53,942 bases of DNA from an uncultured Candidatus Poseidoniales archaeon (GTDB lineage Archaea; Thermoplasmatota; Poseidoniia; Poseidoniales; Thalassarchaeaceae): the NCBI GenBank assembly GCA_902573015.1, contig CACGIE010000006.1:1-53942 (forward strand). The letters are read 5' to 3'. The notes beneath the pieces are model-generated. The model was given only the letters and a program-made list of their open reading frames with translations, made no database searches and had not been told where the DNA came from. Shown one piece after another: positions 49,550 through 53,942 of this stretch. Within the stretch, counting starts at the first letter, position 1. Every line of letters begins with the position of its first letter. A program made the translations under genes and the position numbers.

Positions 49550-50745
49550 TTAGAGCGTAGCCTCGAAATTCCCGATTCCACGTATCCAGAAACAATCTGC
49601 CAAGGGACCACGAACCTTAGTCCCGCCACTGCTATGATAAAGAGGCCTGCAGAGATTACTTTGCCGTATGTCATCTGAAGTTCCAGCGACTCCTTTACTT
49701 GACCTGTCCACTGTGTTCCCTCCAGTATTCCAACGATAGAAATCATCAGGTCATCGAATGCCAAAGCGAGAGCCGTGGTAACTCCTACTAGGGAGACGAC
49801 CACTAGGAGCTGTATTAGATGGGAGTTGACGACGTTGTTGAACTGCCTAATATACTCTGAATCCCTCTTGGACTCCTCCGGGAGCGAGGCTGCGTATTCC
49901 ATATGTGATATGGCAGCAGTCCCAGACTCCATGAAAAGAAGCATCAGTATGGCTACCCCAAGTAGAGAGCTTGCAAGCGGAGAGACTAGGCCACCGAACA
50001 TAGAGCCCTCGCCTATCTGGGTTGGAAGGGCACGTAGTCCTACATCAACCTCAGAGACTATGGGTTCGAAGGTAAGGACAGCGTGGAATGCGATTACGAT
50101 GATGTAGTAGCCTACCACCCAAGTTATCGATCTCTTCGAAAGACCCCAAATCCCGATTAGTCCTACCAAGACTGGTGCGAATACAATTCCTAGGAACACG
50201 AGTTCTCCCATGAGTCCCAATGGATGGAACAGCTCCCCTATGTGATTCATTGAGTCGTTGCTGTTCCAAGGGAAGTGAAAGCCATTGGAGAATGTCGCGA
50301 AAATCCAAGAGAATAGGAATGGAAGGATAACCCAGGCACCCAGCAATGCTGCAGCGACCTGCTTAATTCTGTTCTGCAGCTCCTGTGAGGATGACCAGAA
50401 TCTTTCTATCGCGAAAGTTGCGAATAGGCACAAGACCAAGGGTCCGATCATTGACATTGTGCCTGTCTGTCCTACACCTAGGAGGAAATCCGGTATTAGG
50501 AGGCCATTGGCGTTTTCCATCCACATTAGACCTCTGGTGTGCTCGTATGAGGGACACCACGTGTCGGCGTTATTGTTCAAAATGAAATCATCGCTACAAG
50601 GGCCATAGATATCGCTCATCCTCTTCAGTAAGAGCAAAAGCGAAACCGTTGAGGTTATCTGTAGGACTAGGATTTGCCATTTCTTCCTCAGCACAGGAAT
50701 ATGCAGGGTCTCGGTTACCTCCTCCTTCTTCTCAGATAATTCCAA
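49546..50745 (-). CDS. Multi-pass membrane protein of unknown function
   Basis: About 8 TM helices; probable TTG start 50745 after a GGTGA RBS that overlaps the DUF58 stop codon. Confidence 0.8.
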   Translation of the reverse strand: MELSEKKEEVTETLHIPVLRKKWQILVLQITSTVSLLLLLKRMSDIYGPCSDDFILNNNADTWCPSYEHTRGLMWMENANGLLIPDFLLGVGQTGTMSMIGPLVLCLFATFAIERFWSSSQELQNRIKQVAAALLGAWVILPFLFSWIFATFSNGFHFPWNSNDSMNHIGELFHPLGLMGELVFLGIVFAPVLVGLIGIWGLSKRSITWVVGYYIIVIAFHAVLTFEPIVSEVDVGLRALPTQIGEGSMFGGLVSPLASSLLGVAILMLLFMESGTAAISHMEYAASLPEESKRDSEYIRQFNNVVNSHLIQLLVVVSLVGVTTALALAFDDLMISIVGILEGTQWTGQVKESLELQMTYGKVISAGLFIIAVAGLRFVVPWQIVSGYVESGISRLRSN

Positions 50746-50749
50746 TTTC

Positions 50750-52000
50750 TCACCCCCTCGACTGTACCAGAGCCTGTGATAGCTCGACATCGGGCATCCA
50801 ATCCACGACCTTGGCCCCGTATCCCGATACTGCAGTCAATCGATTCTGTCTCTCCAGCTTGAGGACCTCGTAGGCCATTCGGGGGATGCGGCTTACTAGT
50901 CTCTCGAGGTCAACGCTACTGGGTGAAAGGATGATGACCTCGTGTCCGTTTCCAGAAAGGTTCCTGATTGCAGGAAGAGTGGTGCCATCACCCTCTAGAC
51001 TGCTGATTATGAAGACGGGAGAGCCGCGGCTGATTCTTGGGGAAAGTGCATTTGTTACCGCCTGGAGAGGCATCGATCCGGATGGGGAAACAGAAGCAAG
51101 GCGACTTAGGACCTTGTACTGCTGCTTGTCACCAGTATCAGGAGGTAGGAAGTCCATCCTACTTCCATAGGTCACCATGGCAACGGAGTCCTTCCTCTTC
51201 AGGAAGTGGCTAGCTAGAGATGCCGCTGCAGATGCGCCCATCTCAAGGGGGTTCTTCAGAACCGTCCCAATCCTACTAACCTCTCTTGTGTCGAGAATCA
51301 CGAAGACGTCAGTAACTGCATCCCTAGTCTTCTGATTAACCATCATTTCACCGGTTCTTGCGAACGCCTTCCAATTTATTGATCGGATCGGATCGGTGGA
51401 GAGGTACTCCCTAAGCGAGTAGAACTCCATCCCGGGCCCAGGAGTCCTGAGTGTGGTGGCTCCCGTGTACATCTTCGGGACGTCGGCTCTCAGCATTGCG
51501 TCCTCCACGTCTCTGACCTGTGGGAAGACTGTGATGTCGCACATATCCTCTATCTTCGACTCGTTCACGAACAAACCGAAGGCATTACGGTGCCTTACTG
51601 AGATAGGCCCTACGGAGAAATGCCCCCTAAGAGGGCACCTCAGCATGTAATCTAGTTTGGTTGACTGACCCGGACCTAGGTTTATCCTTATCTGGTTGAT
51701 ACCTCGTCTTATCTTCATCTCGTGGGGTACATTGTCGAAGACCTCCAGTAGCTGTGTTCTCCTGTAAGACTTGTTCGTTATTGTTAGCGAAACCTCGATC
51801 AGGTCTCCCTTGTATACATTCGAATGAGGTACGAATCGTGTTATCTCTAGTTCAGACTGACCTACTATCCACCCATTAATAGATATGAAAGCGATGAAGG
51901 TTAGACCGATTATCATCATCTGGAAGTTAGAAATCATCATTCCAACGAGGATTAGGCTTACACCTCCTGCTAGCATAATTGCTGCTTTCCTAGTCCACAA
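50750..52000 (-). CDS. DUF58 domain protein (vWA-like partner of MoxR ATPases)
   Basis: N-terminal TM helices, RGHFSVGP, EFYSLREY...RSINWKAFAR, ILD. Confidence 0.92.
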   Translation of the reverse strand: MWTRKAAIMLAGGVSLILVGMMISNFQMMIIGLTFIAFISINGWIVGQSELEITRFVPHSNVYKGDLIEVSLTITNKSYRRTQLLEVFDNVPHEMKIRRGINQIRINLGPGQSTKLDYMLRCPLRGHFSVGPISVRHRNAFGLFVNESKIEDMCDITVFPQVRDVEDAMLRADVPKMYTGATTLRTPGPGMEFYSLREYLSTDPIRSINWKAFARTGEMMVNQKTRDAVTDVFVILDTREVSRIGTVLKNPLEMGASAAASLASHFLKRKDSVAMVTYGSRMDFLPPDTGDKQQYKVLSRLASVSPSGSMPLQAVTNALSPRISRGSPVFIISSLEGDGTTLPAIRNLSGNGHEVIILSPSSVDLERLVSRIPRMAYEVLKLERQNRLTAVSGYGAKVVDWMPDVELSQALVQSRG

Positions 52001-53654
52001 CTTTCGTCACACCCCCAGATTCTCCCCATTGTTTTATTCTCCTAACAATTCCAACCAGTTCGTCTGGCCTGTAGTTCCTCTCCTCGAAAAGAAAGCGAAC
52101 AAGAACTGGATCACGAATCATTCCCTGTAGTTCAGAAGCCGGCATTGCTTCAAACTCCTCCATTGTTAGGGCATTGAGATTCCTAACTCTAGTGAGTAGG
52201 ACCTGTCTGATTTTCTCTGGCCTCTGGTAGTACTTGTATCTCTCAGCATCTCCGAATCCGTAGTAAACAACTCTGAAAACGTGTCTCCAGTCCTCTGGGT
52301 CCTCTTTCCTGATTAGTACAGCCTCTAGCAGAATGAACAGGAAAAGGAATAGTATCAGCATGGCCATCCAATCATTAGTGAAGTAGATCAGAAGGTAGTA
52401 GACTAAGTTGTATGTGTCACCGAATATTGTTGGCTGTTGGTGCCTGCTCTCGTCGAAGATAACTAATGCATGTTCTCCCGGAGAAGTTCCATTGTCGTTC
52501 AGTATCAGAGCCTCTGCCACTACATCTAGAATCCATTTCCTATTGTCGTTTTCTGGCACCATACCGGAGTATATCGAATCGAATTCGGGATCGTACAAAG
52601 AGTTGATCAGAACCGATCCGTCGGAGATGAAATGGACTCTGCCGGTCTCTGAGCCTCGACAAAGAATAGCCTCGCAATATCTGACATATACTGGGAACGG
52701 GCCCTGCTCGTCCCCTACAAGACCGAACGCTGCAAAGGAGCCAACGGAGTAGTTGCCGTCTCCATTATTGTCTATCCACGAGTCCTGAGTGGTTTTTGAG
52801 ATGACATAGCGTCTCTCTGCAGGATTGTATGAGGTAGTCTTCTCAAATGCTGATGGGGTGTTAGTGAGTATGCTGTAATCCTGTGACCAATCCCATCTGG
52901 GTTGATTTGTTGCTGGATCTGTGCCTCGGAATCGGTGCGCGCAAAGGCCGGAATCCTGGATAGTGACGAATGGTGCTCCTATTTCTGGGTCACTAGGATC
53001 TTCATCTAGAACATCGACAACCCCATCTCCATCGACATCTCTTATACACGGATTAACAGTGGTCTGAGTTCCTTGTGAAGAAGTGAAGTTGAATGCTGAG
53101 GTGGTATTTACCCAAACGAAATCAGACCCAAGGTCATTGTCGTAACTATAGTCCGCATATAAGCGATGGTTAGTGAATTGAAGACCAAACTCCGAGGCAA
53201 GGTTACTAGAATATCCAAAGTCGTCCATTAGAATCAGCGTACCACCCCTTGAGACAAATTCTCTGATTGCAACGATCTCGGAAGAGGTGTAGCCATCTCC
53301 CTCGGAAAATTGTATCAGATCGTCTTCGCCAGTGAAGCGCGGGAGAGAAATTGTATCCCTCTCCACACCGGATATCACGAAGATGGTCTGCTCGGGATGA
53401 TCAATGTCACTCAAAAGCAGTGGACTGGATACCAGTGCTGTTGTCTCCACTCCCTTGTTGTTCAGTTCCTCACGAAATGAGCCAAGATCGTTCCACTCGT
53501 CTCCATATGCGGACTGTTGGGTCTGTCCAGGAACAACATATGTGATTGCGATTGATAGAATTAGAAGCAGTAGTACTGCCCAGAAGGAGGCTTGCAAGGC
53601 TATCCTCTTATTCCTTCGGGTATTGAGAAAAACACCTATCTTTCTCCAATCCAC
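51990..53654 (-). CDS. DUF4350-like membrane protein
   Basis: SAYGDEWNDLGSF, IREFVSRGGTLILMDDFG, GRVHFISDGSVLINS, VIFDESRH; TM helices at both ends. Confidence 0.8.
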   Translation of the reverse strand: MDWRKIGVFLNTRRNKRIALQASFWAVLLLLILSIAITYVVPGQTQQSAYGDEWNDLGSFREELNNKGVETTALVSSPLLLSDIDHPEQTIFVISGVERDTISLPRFTGEDDLIQFSEGDGYTSSEIVAIREFVSRGGTLILMDDFGYSSNLASEFGLQFTNHRLYADYSYDNDLGSDFVWVNTTSAFNFTSSQGTQTTVNPCIRDVDGDGVVDVLDEDPSDPEIGAPFVTIQDSGLCAHRFRGTDPATNQPRWDWSQDYSILTNTPSAFEKTTSYNPAERRYVISKTTQDSWIDNNGDGNYSVGSFAAFGLVGDEQGPFPVYVRYCEAILCRGSETGRVHFISDGSVLINSLYDPEFDSIYSGMVPENDNRKWILDVVAEALILNDNGTSPGEHALVIFDESRHQQPTIFGDTYNLVYYLLIYFTNDWMAMLILFLFLFILLEAVLIRKEDPEDWRHVFRVVYYGFGDAERYKYYQRPEKIRQVLLTRVRNLNALTMEEFEAMPASELQGMIRDPVLVRFLFEERNYRPDELVGIVRRIKQWGESGGVTKVVD

Positions 53655-53736
53655 CGTCCGGCCACCTCAACTATGATTGTTGAGCCTGAAGAACGTTTTA
53701 TGACCGTTATGTGACCATGAACAATGCTGCATCGAC

Positions 53737-53942
53737 TTATCTGGAGAGTTCCACGACGTTACCGACACTGGCTACTTCCTCGACAGGGATTGTTAGGAAA
53801 CCGTCGGTTGTGGGCCAAGGAAGCTCGGAAGAATCGATTCCCTGCTCAGTCACGACCAAGATTGCAACAATGTTTCCAGTATCGACATCTACTGTGAAAT
53901 CTGCTAGGTGGCCTAGAAGATCACCTGCAGCATCTACGACTT
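53737..53942 (-). CDS. PRC-barrel domain protein (5' end outside the window)
   Basis: Manual translation: VVDAAGDLLGHLADFTVDVDTGNIVAILV...LTIPVEEVASVGNVVELSR*. Confidence 0.75.
   Translation of the reverse strand, partial: VVDAAGDLLGHLADFTVDVDTGNIVAILVVTEQGIDSSELPWPTTDGFLTIPVEEVASVGNVVELSR

Overview
Archaeal chromosomal window, gene-dense, about 50% GC by eye. The archaeal call rests on informational genes (radA, hel308, cgi121, rpoK, aRqcH/NFACT, Ncs6/TtuA, pyrB-pyrI) and A1-U72 tRNA-Gln and initiator tRNA-Met. It also carries aerobic-heterotroph genes of bacterial type (AcnA, heme A/O synthases, tryptophan 2,3-dioxygenase, thiolase, M3/M14/S8 peptidases) and large acidic secreted proteins, which best fits Marine Group II Euryarchaeota (Ca. 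Poseidoniales; inference). About 40 CDSs and 3 tRNAs are supported; no CRISPR array, transposase, integrase or rRNA was seen. Main leads: (1) an ~85-aa insertion in Hel308 carrying a BRC-repeat-like GFTKAS (FxxA) motif, with radA about 2.6 kb away; (2) a lower-GC two-gene islet encoding LemA and a RING-less GIDE-domain membrane protein; (3) a membrane-anchored kexin/furin-type protease with a recently triplicated 120-bp repeat in an Asp-rich stalk; (4) an exact 14-bp motif shared by two upstream regions; (5) a long-form tryptophan 2,3-dioxygenase. All calls come from reading motifs by eye; no database searches were run.
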